Assembly (NCBI GenBank): GCA_965247115.1
Contig: CBDFGR010000003.1
Coordinates: 192,001 to 256,000, forward strand
Direction: 5' to 3'
DNA: 64,000 nt
Source of the DNA: Myxococcota bacterium
GTDB lineage: Bacteria > Myxococcota_A > UBA9160 > SZUA-336
This document shows positions 9,579 to 20,328 of this stretch, in pieces; position 1 is the stretch's first letter; the number at the start of each line of letters is the position of its first letter. Position numbers and translations under genes: made by a program. Under the pieces are notes generated by a model. It searched no databases. It was not told where the DNA came from and worked only from the letters and a program-made list of their open reading frames with translations.

Positions 9579-10787
9579 CTAGTTGACCGCTTCTGCGATC
9601 TTGAAGATCGGCAAGTACATCGCGACGAGCAGGCCGCCAATCGTGCCGCCCAGACCGACCATCATCACCGGCTCGAGCAGCGCGGTCAGCGCGTCGACGG
9701 CCGCGTCGACCTCCTCGTCGTAGAAGTCGGCGATCTTGGCCAGCATCGAGTCCATCGCGCCCGTCTGCTCTCCGACCGCGACCATCTGCGTCACCATCCC
9801 GGGAAATACCTTCGACTCCATCAGCGGCTCGGCGATCGTCTTCCCCTCCGCGATGGAGGCCTTCGTCCGCAGGATCTCGTTCTCGACCACCATGTTCCCG
9901 GCGGTGCGAGCGACAATCTCGAGCGCGTCCAGGATCGGCACCCCGGAAGAGAGCATGGTGCTCAGCGTACGGCTGAACCGCGCTACGGCAACCTTCTTGA
10001 GAAGGCCGCCGAACACCGGCGTCTTCAGAAAGACGGTGTCGAAGAAGAGCCGGCCTTTTGGTTTGGAGGTGATGAATTTGTACGCGAACACCGCGAGCAC
10101 TATCCCTCCAGCGAAGTGGAGGTAGTAGGCCTGCATGAAGTGCGAGATCGCGATCACCTTCGCGGTCGGACCCGGGAGCGCACCGCCGAAGTCGGCAAAC
10201 ATCTTCTCGAAGACGGGAATGACCTTGACAAGCATTACTACGACGACCATCGACGCGATCACCGTCACCGAGATGGGATATACCATCGCGCCCTTTACCT
10301 TCCGTTTCAGGGCGGCGGCTTTCTCCATATATTTCGCAAGGCGATTCAGAATCGTGTCGAGGATACCCCCAACCTCGCCCGCGGCTACGAGGTTCACGTA
10401 GAGACTGTCGAAGATCTTCGGGTGCTTCCCAAGCGCCTCGGAGAACGTCGAGCCACCCTCGACGTCGTGCTTGATCTCCAGAATTTTTTTCTTGAAGGTC
10501 GCGTTCTCCTGCTGTGTGCCGAGAATTTCGAGACACTGCACGAGCGGCAAGCCCGCGTCGATCATCGTGGCGAACTGCCGCGTGAACACAACGAGGTCCT
10601 TGAGAACTACCGGCGGTGCCAGGAACGGGAGGAGCTCGGTCAGATCCTTCGACTTGGCCTTGATCGTGCCGGGCATGATCGACTGGCTACGGAGCTGCGC
10701 CTCCGCGGCGGCGACACTGTCTGCTGCTATGACGCCCTTCTTGACGAGACCTTCCCTGGTCTTGCCTTCGAAGTTGTAGGTCGGCAT
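9579..10787 (-). CDS. pilC: Type IV pilus platform protein
   Basis: FTRQFATMIDAGLPL, AGEVGGILD, AMYLPIF. Confidence 0.95.
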   Translation of the reverse strand: MPTYNFEGKTREGLVKKGVIAADSVAAAEAQLRSQSIMPGTIKAKSKDLTELLPFLAPPVVLKDLVVFTRQFATMIDAGLPLVQCLEILGTQQENATFKKKILEIKHDVEGGSTFSEALGKHPKIFDSLYVNLVAAGEVGGILDTILNRLAKYMEKAAALKRKVKGAMVYPISVTVIASMVVVVMLVKVIPVFEKMFADFGGALPGPTAKVIAISHFMQAYYLHFAGGIVLAVFAYKFITSKPKGRLFFDTVFLKTPVFGGLLKKVAVARFSRTLSTMLSSGVPILDALEIVARTAGNMVVENEILRTKASIAEGKTIAEPLMESKVFPGMVTQMVAVGEQTGAMDSMLAKIADFYDEEVDAAVDALTALLEPVMMVGLGGTIGGLLVAMYLPIFKIAEAVN

Positions 10788-10812
10788 TGCAGACCCCTCG
10801 TCTCAGCCCTGG

Positions 10813-11916
10813 CTAACCGGCGGTCTGGCGCTTGCCGGCGGCGCCAGGCCCCTGGGGATTCCGGATGATGCTCTCCAGCTCGACCGAGTCGGAGCTCCTC
10901 CCCATGGCATCGTCGAATGTGATCAGCCGCTTCAGATACAGCTCCGCGAGAGACTGGTTCATCGTCTGCATCCCGAACTTGTCCTGCCCGATCTGCATCT
11001 GCGAGTAGACCTGGTGGACCTTGTCCTCGCGAATCAGGTTGCGAATGGCAGGGTTTGGGACCATCACCTCCACGGCGAGCACACGACCAGGAGAGTTCGC
11101 TCGAGCGAGCAGCGTCTGAGAAACCACGCCTTCAAGCACGAAGGAGAGCTGCATGCGCACCTGCGCCTGCTGGTGCGACGGGAACACGTCGATCACGCGG
11201 TTGATCGTCTGCACCGCGGAGTTCGTGTGCAGGGTCGCAAAGCAGAGATGGCCCGTCTCGGAGACCGTGAGAGCGGCCTGAATCGTCTCCAAGTCCCGCA
11301 TCTCACCGATCAGAACTACGTCCGGATCCTGACGCAGGATGTAGCGGAGCGCGGCCTCGAAGGTCTTCGTGTCCGCCCCCACCTCACGCTGATTCACCAC
11401 GCACCCCTTGTGCGGATGCAGGTACTCGATGGGGTCTTCGATCGTGATGATGTGCCGGTGGGTGCTGACGTTGATCTGATCGATGATCGAGGCCAGCGTG
11501 GTCGACTTCCCGCTTCCCGTCGGACCCGTGAGCAGAACCAGGCCACTCGGCTTGTCCGCGAACCTCTCGATGACATCGGGCACACCAAGATCCCCGATGG
11601 GCTTGATCTCGTAGGGGATCATTCGGAACACGCCGGCGATCGCGCCCCGCTGGACGAAGATGTTCGCCCGGAAGCGCGCCAGCCCCTTGACGCCGAAGGA
11701 GAGATCCAGCTCGTTCTGCGCCTCGAAGCGGTGCTTCTGAGCGTCGGTAAGGATCGAGTAGCACGTCTGCTTCGTTTCCTGGGGAGTGAGGGGAGGCATG
11801 TTCAAGGGAACGAGCGTGCCGTCCACACGCAGCTGAGGAGCCGTGCCAGTCGTCACGTGCAGGTCCGATGCTCCCTTCTCGAGCATCGCTTTCAGCAGCT
11901 GGTGTAGGTTCGCCAT
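10813..11916 (-). CDS. pilT: Pilus retraction ATPase
   Basis: GPTGSGKSTT, TIEDPIE, AIRNLIRE; start set at MANLHQLL. Confidence 0.95.
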   Translation of the reverse strand: MANLHQLLKAMLEKGASDLHVTTGTAPQLRVDGTLVPLNMPPLTPQETKQTCYSILTDAQKHRFEAQNELDLSFGVKGLARFRANIFVQRGAIAGVFRMIPYEIKPIGDLGVPDVIERFADKPSGLVLLTGPTGSGKSTTLASIIDQINVSTHRHIITIEDPIEYLHPHKGCVVNQREVGADTKTFEAALRYILRQDPDVVLIGEMRDLETIQAALTVSETGHLCFATLHTNSAVQTINRVIDVFPSHQQAQVRMQLSFVLEGVVSQTLLARANSPGRVLAVEVMVPNPAIRNLIREDKVHQVYSQMQIGQDKFGMQTMNQSLAELYLKRLITFDDAMGRSSDSVELESIIRNPQGPGAAGKRQTAG

Positions 11917-11923
11917 CTCTTCC

Positions 11924-13624
11924 TCAGTTGTCGGCCATCGATACTCGGAGAGCCTCGCCAAGGGTGGTGGTCCCCTCGAGTACCTTGGTCAGCGCACTCC
12001 GGCGCAGAGAGCTCATTCCGCCACGAAGCGCCTCCCGCTTGATCTCTGCAGCACTTGCGCCGTTCAGCACGAACTCCCTCACCGTATCGGTGAGAGTCAT
12101 GACCTCGTAGACAGCGATTCGGCCTCGAAAGCCGGTCTCGGAGCAGTTTCCGCAGCCGGTTCCCATGCGCGGCTGACAGCTCGCGGCCTGCTCGCTCGTC
12201 ATGCCCGCCTTCTCCAGCTCGGCGGCGGTCACGTCATCGTCGTCTTCCACGCAGTCCTCGCAGATCTTGCGGAGAAGACGCTGCGCGACCACGCAGTTGA
12301 CCGAACTCGCGACCAGGAAGGGCTCGATGCCCATGTTGAGCAGGCGATTGATCGTACTCGGGGCATCGTTGGTGTGCAGGGTCGAGAGAACCATGTGGCC
12401 GGTGAGAGCGGCCTTGATCCCGATCTCCGCAGTCTCGAAGTCGCGGATCTCACCGACCATGATGATGTCCGGGTCCTGACGTAGGAACGCGCGTAGCGCA
12501 GACGCGAAGTTCAGCCCGATGTCCTCGCGCATCTGCACCTGGTTGATGCCCACGAGATTGAACTCGACCGGATCCTCCGCAGTCGAGATGTTCTCTGACG
12601 TGGTGTTCAGCTCGGAGAGCGCCGAGTACAAGGTGGTCGTCTTTCCTGACCCGGTCGGGCCGGTCACGAGCACCATGCCGAAGGGCTGATGAATGGAGTG
12701 CTTGAAGTCGCCGAGCTGCTTCTCCTCGAAGCCTAGCTTGGTCATGTCGAGCTGCAGGTTGCTCTTGTCGAGTAGGCGAAGAACGATCTTCTCTCCAAAG
12801 AGCGTCGGCAGAACGGAGACGCGATAGTCCATCTCCTGGTTCTTGCCCATCTTCAACTTGATGCGGCCATCCTGGGGCAGACGGCGTTCCGCGATATCGA
12901 GGTCCGCCATGATCTTGACCCGCGATGTCAGAGGGTTCTTGAGCTTTCGCGGCGGTTTCATCACCTCGTACAGCAAACCGTCAATCCGGTACCGAACTCG
13001 GAAGTCCTTCTCGTACGGCTCGATGTGAATATCAGAGGCGACCTTCTTGACCGCGTCGGTGAGGATGAGGTTGACGAGCTTGACGACCGGAGCGTCTTCC
13101 GTCTGCTGCGCGAGCTCGTCGATGTCGACAGACTCTTCGCTAGAGACGACCTCGAGATCCTCGTCGTCGAAGCCCATCATCACTTCGTCGATGGATGCAG
13201 ACGAGTCGTAGTACTTCTCGATGGCGCGCCGGATCGACTCCTCAGCCGCGACAACGACCTCGACGTTGTAGCCGGTGAGGAACTTCACGTCGTCCATCGC
13301 AAAGATGTTCGACGGGTCCGAGGTCGCGATGATCAGCGTGGACCCGGCGCGGTTGACCGGGAGGATCGTGTGCTTGTGGGCGACGTCCTCGGGTACGAGG
13401 GCGACCACCTCCGGATCGACCTCGAAGTCGTCCAGGGTGATCATCGGCACGCCGTATTGGTTCGAAACCGCTTCGGCCAGCTCGGACTCCTCGATGAAGC
13501 CGAGCTTTGTCATCTGGTAGCCGACCCGAGTACCGGTCGAGTCTGCCTCTTGCTTGGCGCGCTGGAGCTGCTCTTCCGAGAGCAGGCTCTTTTGAACCAG
13601 GAGCTCGCCGATCCGGTCGTTCAA
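11924..13624 (-). CDS. pilB: Pilus assembly ATPase
   Basis: RIGELLV N-terminus, RLPQDGRI, GPTGSGKTTT, Zn-binding CxxC pairs; TTG start with GGAGG RBS. Confidence 0.95.
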   Translation of the reverse strand: MNDRIGELLVQKSLLSEEQLQRAKQEADSTGTRVGYQMTKLGFIEESELAEAVSNQYGVPMITLDDFEVDPEVVALVPEDVAHKHTILPVNRAGSTLIIATSDPSNIFAMDDVKFLTGYNVEVVVAAEESIRRAIEKYYDSSASIDEVMMGFDDEDLEVVSSEESVDIDELAQQTEDAPVVKLVNLILTDAVKKVASDIHIEPYEKDFRVRYRIDGLLYEVMKPPRKLKNPLTSRVKIMADLDIAERRLPQDGRIKLKMGKNQEMDYRVSVLPTLFGEKIVLRLLDKSNLQLDMTKLGFEEKQLGDFKHSIHQPFGMVLVTGPTGSGKTTTLYSALSELNTTSENISTAEDPVEFNLVGINQVQMREDIGLNFASALRAFLRQDPDIIMVGEIRDFETAEIGIKAALTGHMVLSTLHTNDAPSTINRLLNMGIEPFLVASSVNCVVAQRLLRKICEDCVEDDDDVTAAELEKAGMTSEQAASCQPRMGTGCGNCSETGFRGRIAVYEVMTLTDTVREFVLNGASAAEIKREALRGGMSSLRRSALTKVLEGTTTLGEALRVSMADN

Positions 13625-13690
13625 CGCACCCCTCCGGATCTTGCCGCACCCGCGCGCGAAGATCGCAGAATGAACCGCATTCGCGGTGTT

Positions 13691-13718
13691 GTATCGGTGG
13701 CGCTCTGAGCGAGCTTTA
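13691..13718 (-). promoter_or_regulatory. Candidate sigma28-type promoter for the pilB operon
   Basis: Minus strand TAAA-N16-ACCGATAC, ~67 nt upstream of pilB. Confidence 0.5.
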
Positions 13719-13828
13719 CCGAGCGCCGGGCGGAGGATGTGGCACGACCCGTACATCACCGGGGTGCAGAAGGTGCGCAACTCGGAGCTTTATCTCGGCG
13801 CGCGGTGTAGTGACGCTAGAGAGACCCT

Positions 13829-14779
13829 TCAGGCATCCGTCGCGTGCAGGAGCTGCCGGGCCGACACCACGTCTCGTGCGATCTGTTCCACGAGCGCGTC
13901 GGGACCTGGGAACTTTCGCTCCTTGCGGATCCGCGCGTGGAACGAGACCTCCACGTGACGACCGTAGAAGTCGCCCTCCATGTCGATGAGATGCGTCTCC
14001 ACGAGTACGCGTCCGGGCTCGAATGTCGGTCTGGTACCCACGTTTGTTACAGAGGGCCGGCGAACGCCCTCCTGTCCCGCAGCGTCGATAAACTGCGCGG
14101 TCGTCGCGTACACGCCGTGCGCTGGTATCAGCTCGTTCTCGGTTTCGAGATTCAGCGTGGGGAAGCCCAGTGTCCGCCCGCGCATCTCGCCCTGGACGAC
14201 GGTACCAGACACCGCGTACGGGCGACCCAGGCAGAGGGATGCCTCCGCGACGTCCCCGAGCGCCAGCGCGTCCCGGATGCGCGTGCTGGATACATCGGCA
14301 TGGCCCACCTTCACCTGCGAGATGATCTCGATGCGCATCCCGAGCTCGGGCCCGAGGCGGAGCAGCGTCTCTCCTGAGCCGCTCCGACCTTTGCCAAAGT
14401 GGAAATCCCGACCCACGTAGATCTCCGTCGGCTGGAAGCGGGCCCGGATGATGTCCCGAAGAAACGCCTCGGGTGTCAGAGACGCGAACTCGCGCGTGAA
14501 GGGCTCGCGAATGAGTACGTCAATCCCCGCCCGCTGCAGCGCGCGGGCCAGCTGGTCCCAGGTCATGAGCTGCTGCGGCGAGCCCTCGGGCGAGAGCACC
14601 TTACGAGGGTGTGGGTCGAAGGTATAGAGCGCAGTCTGCTGGCCGAGCGCTTGTCCTCGCTCGATGACGGCGCGGAGCAGGCTCTGATGTCCCAGGTGAA
14701 CGCCATCGAAGTTGCCGACGGTCAGCACGCAGCCGCTCGCCAGATCTCCCAGCTCGGCGCTGCCCTCGTAGACTCTCAT
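13829..14779 (-). CDS. ribF: Bifunctional riboflavin kinase/FAD synthetase
   Basis: GNFDGVHLGH, VSSTRIR, GRTLGFPT, NVGTRPTF. Confidence 0.95.
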   Translation of the reverse strand: MRVYEGSAELGDLASGCVLTVGNFDGVHLGHQSLLRAVIERGQALGQQTALYTFDPHPRKVLSPEGSPQQLMTWDQLARALQRAGIDVLIREPFTREFASLTPEAFLRDIIRARFQPTEIYVGRDFHFGKGRSGSGETLLRLGPELGMRIEIISQVKVGHADVSSTRIRDALALGDVAEASLCLGRPYAVSGTVVQGEMRGRTLGFPTLNLETENELIPAHGVYATTAQFIDAAGQEGVRRPSVTNVGTRPTFEPGRVLVETHLIDMEGDFYGRHVEVSFHARIRKERKFPGPDALVEQIARDVVSARQLLHATDA

Positions 14780-14810
14780 CCGCCTCCTTTGTAGAGCCTC
14801 CGAGATTCGC

Positions 14811-14863
14811 TTGCAACGCCCGTTGCGCATGCGACACTCGTTGTGGTTGCAACGCCCGTTGCG
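14811..14863. promoter_or_regulatory. Three palindromic boxes at 18-bp period
   Basis: GCAAC-GCCC-GTTGC (14813), GCGAC-ACTC-GTTGT (14831), GCAAC-GCCC-GTTGC (14849) between divergent genes. Confidence 0.6.
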
Positions 14864-14892
14864 GCCGCCACGAGCGACCGTATCCTTCCCCT

Positions 14893-15963
14893 GTGCGGAC
14901 GGTCTCACGCTACCTGCTGCGCGAGTTCGCGATCGCGTCCACGGCCGTGTTCCTGGCCCTACTCGTCACCTGGATCGCTGCGGACACGCTGCTTCACATG
15001 GAGCGACTGACGGGCGACCTGGTAGCGACCCTGCGCTCGATCCTGTTCGCCTCGCTCGACGTGATCCCGCTGGGAGTACCGATGGCCTGCGTGGTCGGCA
15101 TCGTCTGGAGCCTGACTCGGGCCGTCAAGAGTCGCGAGATCACTGCGATACGCTCCGGTGGAATCCCGCTGCAGCGAGCGCTCGCTCCGATCGTACTGTG
15201 CTGCGCGGGGACCACCGCCGCTCTCGTGGTGGTTCAGGACCGAGTCTTGATCCCGACGCGGCAGGGGCTTCACGACGCCCGTCTGGCTGAGGAATCGGGC
15301 GGGCGCGGCATTCCGCAGCTCATCCACGGCCGCTGGTGGTACGCGGACGGTGAGTCCATATTCTCCGCCGGTAACTTCGAGGCGGGGGAGCTGCGAGACG
15401 TCACCCTCTTTCGCTTGGATGGCACCGGACGCATCGTGCAGCGCATCGAGGCCGAGGCGGCGGAGAACACCGAGGGTGGAACCTGGGAGTTCCGCGAGGC
15501 GCGCATCTTCGGCTTTCGTTCTGACGGCGCTCTCAGCCAGAGACACGAGTCGCTGCTCTCGCTCGAGCTCGCGCTGCGCGGAGGAGATCTCGCTCGCGCT
15601 CAGCGCCCGCCCGAGCTGGCGACGCTCGGCGCGCTTTGGCGCTCGATGCATCGCTCCCCCGTCGAGGACCAGGACGGGAGTGCGCTGCGCATCACCTTCC
15701 ACAGCAGGCTCGCGCAGCCAGCCGGAGTCCTCATTCTCGTGCTGCTCGCGATTCCTTTCGCGATCGGCGACTCCGAGCGCAGCGATTCGCTGGCCAGGGC
15801 GCTGCTCCTCTCCCTGGGGAGTGCGGCGATCTACTGGATGGCCTGGACGGTGGGGCTGCTCGCGGGGAGGGCCGGCGTCGTGCCCGCGTTCCTGCCGGTG
15901 TGGACGGTCGCGGTAGCTGGCCTGGGCGTCGGGGGCTGGCGTTTCCGCAGCCTGCAGCAGTAG
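14893..15963 (+). CDS. LptF/LptG family LPS export permease
   Basis: SRYLLREF start, EITAIRSGGI motif, 3 TM + periplasmic domain + 3 TM. Confidence 0.85.
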   Translation: MRTVSRYLLREFAIASTAVFLALLVTWIAADTLLHMERLTGDLVATLRSILFASLDVIPLGVPMACVVGIVWSLTRAVKSREITAIRSGGIPLQRALAPIVLCCAGTTAALVVVQDRVLIPTRQGLHDARLAEESGGRGIPQLIHGRWWYADGESIFSAGNFEAGELRDVTLFRLDGTGRIVQRIEAEAAENTEGGTWEFREARIFGFRSDGALSQRHESLLSLELALRGGDLARAQRPPELATLGALWRSMHRSPVEDQDGSALRITFHSRLAQPAGVLILVLLAIPFAIGDSERSDSLARALLLSLGSAAIYWMAWTVGLLAGRAGVVPAFLPVWTVAVAGLGVGGWRFRSLQQ

Positions 15964-15972
15964 GAGCTCTCG

Positions 15973-17253
15973 CTACTGCAGTCTCTGGTCGGAGGCTGCG
16001 GCCTGCGGCCTCCGATCGGAGGCTGCCGCCTCAGGTTCCCGATCGGAGGCTACCCCTTCAGGTCCCCGCTCGGAGGCTACCGCCTCAGGTCCCCGATCGG
16101 AGGCTAATGCCTCAGGTCCCCGACCGGAGGCTACCGCCTCAGGTCCCCGACCGGAGGCTACCGCCTCAGGTCCCCGACCGGAGGCTACCGCCTCAGGTCC
16201 CCGACCGGAGGCTACCGCCTCAGGTCCCCGACCGGAGGCTACCGCCTCAGGTCCCCGACCGGAGGCTAACGCCTCCTCGGCCGGCGGTGCCGACACGTCC
16301 GACCGTCGCGGCGGCGCGACCTCCGAGCGCTTCGCTGGCACGGCCCCTGACCGTTTCGCCGGTGGCGCAGCCGGCTCGAAGAGGTACTTCAAGAAGGGGG
16401 CATCGGGCGACAGGATGAGCGTGGTCTGGTTGTTGAGCGCCAGTCGGTACGCCTCGAGACTGCGCAGGAACTCGTAGAACTCGCGATCCCTCCCGTAGGC
16501 CTCGGCGTAGATCCGAGTGGCCCCGGCGTCACCGTCGCCCCGCAGCTTGGCGGCGTCGCGCTCGGCTGTCGACACGATGATCAGGCTCTCCTGGTCCGCG
16601 TTCGAACGGATCGCGCGCGCTTGCTCCTCGCCCTCTGCACGGAACTTCAGCGCGAAGCGATTCCGCTCGGTGCGCATGCGCCCGTAGATCTGTGGCAGGT
16701 TTGCCTGCGGGTACACGGTCCGCCGGATACGCAGGTCCTGGATGTCGATGCCCTCTGGCGCGAGTCCCGCGCGACTGATCGCAGCGATCGTGCGGGTGAT
16801 CTCCTCGCGGTCTTCCGACAGCAACTCGGCGAGTGTGTGCTTCGCCAGCGTCTGCTGCACCGAGCTGTACGTGACGGTGTCGATCCTGCGGATGGCCGCG
16901 TCGCGCGTGCGGATCCGCTTGAAGTAGAGCTCCGGATCCGCGATCCGCCAGACCGCGTAGTAGTCGACCTCGATCAGGAGCTTCTCGCTCGTTTGCAGCT
17001 CGAGAGGATCGCCCCGGTCGTAGCGCATACTCCTGCCCTCGTAGCGATAGAGCTGGTGCAGGAAGGGGATCCGGATGTACCAGCCAGGTCGATCGAGCAC
17101 GGGCTGATTCAGATGGAGTCCGAACACGATGGGGTCGGACTCGTTCAGGATCGTGCGAAACGCGACCTCACGCTCGTCGATGATGACGATGCAGTAGGAG
17201 GCGGCAACCCCCAGGAATGCCAGCAGTAACAGGCTGGGCAGTCGCCTTCTCAC
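15973..17253 (-). CDS. hflC: Protease modulator HflC with repetitive C-terminal tail
   Basis: SPFH domain, RMRTER...RAEGEE, FYEFLRSLEAY; downstream of hflK. Confidence 0.9.
   Translation of the reverse strand: MRRRLPSLLLLAFLGVAASYCIVIIDEREVAFRTILNESDPIVFGLHLNQPVLDRPGWYIRIPFLHQLYRYEGRSMRYDRGDPLELQTSEKLLIEVDYYAVWRIADPELYFKRIRTRDAAIRRIDTVTYSSVQQTLAKHTLAELLSEDREEITRTIAAISRAGLAPEGIDIQDLRIRRTVYPQANLPQIYGRMRTERNRFALKFRAEGEEQARAIRSNADQESLIIVSTAERDAAKLRGDGDAGATRIYAEAYGRDREFYEFLRSLEAYRLALNNQTTLILSPDAPFLKYLFEPAAPPAKRSGAVPAKRSEVAPPRRSDVSAPPAEEALASGRGPEAVASGRGPEAVASGRGPEAVASGRGPEAVASGRGPEAVASGRGPEALASDRGPEAVASERGPEGVASDREPEAAASDRRPQAAASDQRLQ
15979..16278 (-). repeat. 27-bp coding tandem repeat, ~11 units
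   Basis: Unit CCTCAGGTCCCCGACCGGAGGCTACCG encodes GRGPEAVAS; units degenerate toward the C-terminus. Confidence 0.95.
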
Positions 17254-18182
17254 GGGAGCCCGCGTCGGCCGATCGGGAGGTACGGCAGCACGCGGTCGGT
17301 GTTGCCCTCCTCCATGATCACCTTCTCGATCTGCGGCAGGATCTCCTCGAGGGTCTCGATGTAGAGGCGGCTACGGGTGACCTCGGGAGCCTTCTGGTAC
17401 TCCACGAGCACCGCCTGGAAACGATCGGCCTCGCCCTGGGCGCGCAGCACGCGGCTCTCCTTGTAGCCGCGCGCCTGGTTCACCATCTCCGCAGCAGAGC
17501 CCCGTGCCTCCGGGACTACCTTGTCCGCGTAGCCCTGGGCCTCGAGTACCGTGCGCTCGCGATCCTGCTCAGCACTCGTCACCTCGGCGAAGGCCTCCTT
17601 CACGGCCTCTGGGGGCTGGACGTCCTGCAGCTGCACGCTCTGGATGTGGATGCCCGCGCCGTACTCGTCGAGGATCGTCTGGATCCGCTGGCGCGTCGCA
17701 TCTCCGATCGGACCTCTGGCCTGGGTCAGAACGTCGTCGATCTGGCGCTGACCCACGACCGCGCGGATGGAGGCCTGCGCAACGTCACGCACGAGATCCT
17801 CGACGGGTGGCGTCACGTTGAACAGGTAATCGTACAGGTTCGAGATCCGATACTGCACGACGAACTCGAGGGTCACGAGGTTCTCGTCCCCGGTGATCAT
17901 GCGCGCTTCCTCGGGCTGATCCTCGTACTGAGCGGGGGGCCCCGTAGTGATCGTGCGGTAGCCGAACTCCTCCTCCCTCGTCACGGTGACGCGATGGAGC
18001 TCCAGACGTTCGATCCCTGGCGCGTACCACTGCAGCCCCGAGCCCGAGGTTCGGTCGTAAGCGCCCAGCCGCAGCACCACGGCCTCCTCATCCGGAGCCA
18101 CCTCGTACACACCAACGAACAGATAGGTGCCGATCCCTCCCAGTACGATCAGCAGCGCGGCATAGCGTCCCGCGAGCTTCAA
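17250..18182 (-). CDS. hflK: Protease modulator HflK
   Basis: [35 protein letters not shown]. Confidence 0.92.
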   Translation of the reverse strand: MKLAGRYAALLIVLGGIGTYLFVGVYEVAPDEEAVVLRLGAYDRTSGSGLQWYAPGIERLELHRVTVTREEEFGYRTITTGPPAQYEDQPEEARMITGDENLVTLEFVVQYRISNLYDYLFNVTPPVEDLVRDVAQASIRAVVGQRQIDDVLTQARGPIGDATRQRIQTILDEYGAGIHIQSVQLQDVQPPEAVKEAFAEVTSAEQDRERTVLEAQGYADKVVPEARGSAAEMVNQARGYKESRVLRAQGEADRFQAVLVEYQKAPEVTRSRLYIETLEEILPQIEKVIMEEGNTDRVLPYLPIGRRGLP

Positions 18183-18961
18183 GCGCTACCCGGTTCGACG
18201 CGCGGCGGCAGCCCTTTGCGCGCTTCGAGGATCGGCGAGATGAGGTCGAGCGGGATGGGGAACAGGATGGTCGAGTTCTGCTCGCTCGAGATCTCGGAGA
18301 GGGTCTGCAGATAGCGCAGCTGAAGCGTGTAGGGCGACCGCGCCATGACGTCGGACGCTTCGCGCAGGCGCTCCGAGGCCTGGAACTCTCCCTCCGCGTG
18401 AATCACCTTGGCGCGGCGCTCCCGCTCCGCCTCCGCCTGCGCCGCCATGGCGCGTTGCATCTCCGTGGGCAGATCGATGTGCTTGATCTCGACGGCCCGC
18501 ACCTTGACTCCCCAGGGATCGGTACCGCGGTCGAGCTCCTCCTGGAGCTGGCGGTTGATCGCATCGCGCTCGGAGAGAATCCTGTCGAGCTCGCCCTGGC
18601 CACAGACGCTGCGCAGGGTGGTCTGCGCCAGCTGCGACGTCCCGTAGTGGAAGTTCTCGACCTTGATCAACGCGTCTTCCGGATGGAGCACACGGAAGTA
18701 GACGACGGCGTTCACCTTTACCGACACGTTGTCGCGCGTGATCACGTCCTGGGGCGGCACGTCCATGACGACCTCGCGCAGGCTCACCTTGACCAGCCGA
18801 TCGACGAAGGGGATCACGAGCCGCAGGCCCGCCTCCTTCACGCTCTGGAAACGCCCCAGGCGGAACACGACTCCGCGCTCGTACTCCTGCAGGATCCAGA
18901 CGGATTGGTACAGCAGCACAAGGACGATCAGCAGTCCGACGAACAACGGGATGCCAGCCAT
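18179..18961 (-). CDS. Stomatin-like SPFH (band 7) protein
   Basis: [34 protein letters not shown]; start at MAGIPL. Confidence 0.92.
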   Translation of the reverse strand: MAGIPLFVGLLIVLVLLYQSVWILQEYERGVVFRLGRFQSVKEAGLRLVIPFVDRLVKVSLREVVMDVPPQDVITRDNVSVKVNAVVYFRVLHPEDALIKVENFHYGTSQLAQTTLRSVCGQGELDRILSERDAINRQLQEELDRGTDPWGVKVRAVEIKHIDLPTEMQRAMAAQAEAERERRAKVIHAEGEFQASERLREASDVMARSPYTLQLRYLQTLSEISSEQNSTILFPIPLDLISPILEARKGLPPRVEPGSA

Positions 18962-18963
18962 TT

Positions 18964-20328
18964 TCAGGTCCTCCCCGCGGACTCGGTAGCCTGTCGCACT
19001 CGGACAATCAGGTCGTGCACCTCGACGATCTTGACCCGTTGACCGCGCTCGATCGGCTCCTCCGACTCCGCTTTCCAGAGTTCTCCACGCACGCGAATCC
19101 GACCCTCCTGCCGAATGTCGCTCTCCGCGACCGCCTCCTGCCCCAGGAGCGCCTCGCGCCCCGAGAACTGCGGCCTGCCGAAGCTCCGACCCACACCGTA
19201 GATGACGATCGCCATGAATCCGGACAGCACGACGACCGCGGGAAAGATCACCGACCAGAAAGGCACGGTGAGATCGGAGAGCTCGGGCACGCGGAACAGC
19301 ATATACGCCCCGTAGGCAAAACAGACAATCCCGGCGGCGAAGAGCAGGCCAAAGCTCGTGATGAAGATCTCGGCTACGAGAAGAGCCAGGCCGCTGACCA
19401 TCAGCAATGCACCGATCCAGTTGATCGGAATGATCTGGAAGGCCAGACCGGCGAGGATCAAGCAGACGACGCCGACCAGGCCGGGAATGATCAGCCCCGG
19501 GCTCTGAACCTCGACGTAGAGTCCGGCCAGTCCCGCCATGAAGAGCAGCACGGCAATCGACGGATCGGAGATCAGGGCGAAGAATTTGTCGAGCGGCGCC
19601 ATCTCGAGGGGCACGACTTGTACGTCGCTGGTCGCGAGAACGACCTCTTCGCGGCCGACCTTGATCGCGCGGCCGTCGACCAGCTCGAGCAGTTGATCGA
19701 GATCGTCGGCCACGAGATCGATCACGTTCAGCTCGACCGCCTCCGCCTGGCTGATCGCGACGGAGTTGCGCACCGCGTCGATCGCCCACTCCACGTTCCG
19801 CTCGCGCTCCGCGGCGATCGACTCGATGAAGGCCGCCGTGAAGTTCTCCGCCTTCTCGTTGCGATAGTCGCGGAGGTTCGGCGCTTTTGGATCCTCCTCG
19901 TTCGGCTGTCCGGGGATCGGAGGGCTGGGCGTTGGACCCCCACCCCCCGTGAATACGGGGTGGGCCGCACCGATGCTCGTACCGGGCGACATGGCAGCCA
20001 CATGTGCGGCGAGGGTGATGAAGGTCCCGGCGGAGGCGGCCCAGGCCCCCCGAGGAGACACGTACACGATGATCGGGAGCTGCGCGTTCAGGATGGACGA
20101 GACGATGTCCTTGGTCGAATCGAGCAGGCCGCCCGGTGTGTCGAGCTCGATCACGAGCGCAACCGCGGCCTCCTCCTCACTTTGCGTGATGGCCTTCTCG
20201 ATGTAGGCGGCCACGCCTGGCGTGATGACACCATCCACGGTGATGACGTTCACGGTTCCCGCTCGCGCAGCGGCGCCAAAAGAGAGCAGCAGTCCGACCA
20301 GGAGGGCTGTCAGCGCGCGCCGCCTCAC
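18964..20328 (-). CDS. nfeD: Long-form NfeD (ClpP-like protease, TM region, OB fold)
   Basis: [28 protein letters not shown]; upstream of stomatin-like gene. Confidence 0.9.
   Translation of the reverse strand: MRRRALTALLVGLLLSFGAAARAGTVNVITVDGVITPGVAAYIEKAITQSEEEAAVALVIELDTPGGLLDSTKDIVSSILNAQLPIIVYVSPRGAWAASAGTFITLAAHVAAMSPGTSIGAAHPVFTGGGGPTPSPPIPGQPNEEDPKAPNLRDYRNEKAENFTAAFIESIAAERERNVEWAIDAVRNSVAISQAEAVELNVIDLVADDLDQLLELVDGRAIKVGREEVVLATSDVQVVPLEMAPLDKFFALISDPSIAVLLFMAGLAGLYVEVQSPGLIIPGLVGVVCLILAGLAFQIIPINWIGALLMVSGLALLVAEIFITSFGLLFAAGIVCFAYGAYMLFRVPELSDLTVPFWSVIFPAVVVLSGFMAIVIYGVGRSFGRPQFSGREALLGQEAVAESDIRQEGRIRVRGELWKAESEEPIERGQRVKIVEVHDLIVRVRQATESAGRT

Noticed and set aside
15979..16278. 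CRISPR array
   Set aside because: The 27-bp units are contiguous with no unique spacers, lie in frame within hflC, and no cas genes are present.
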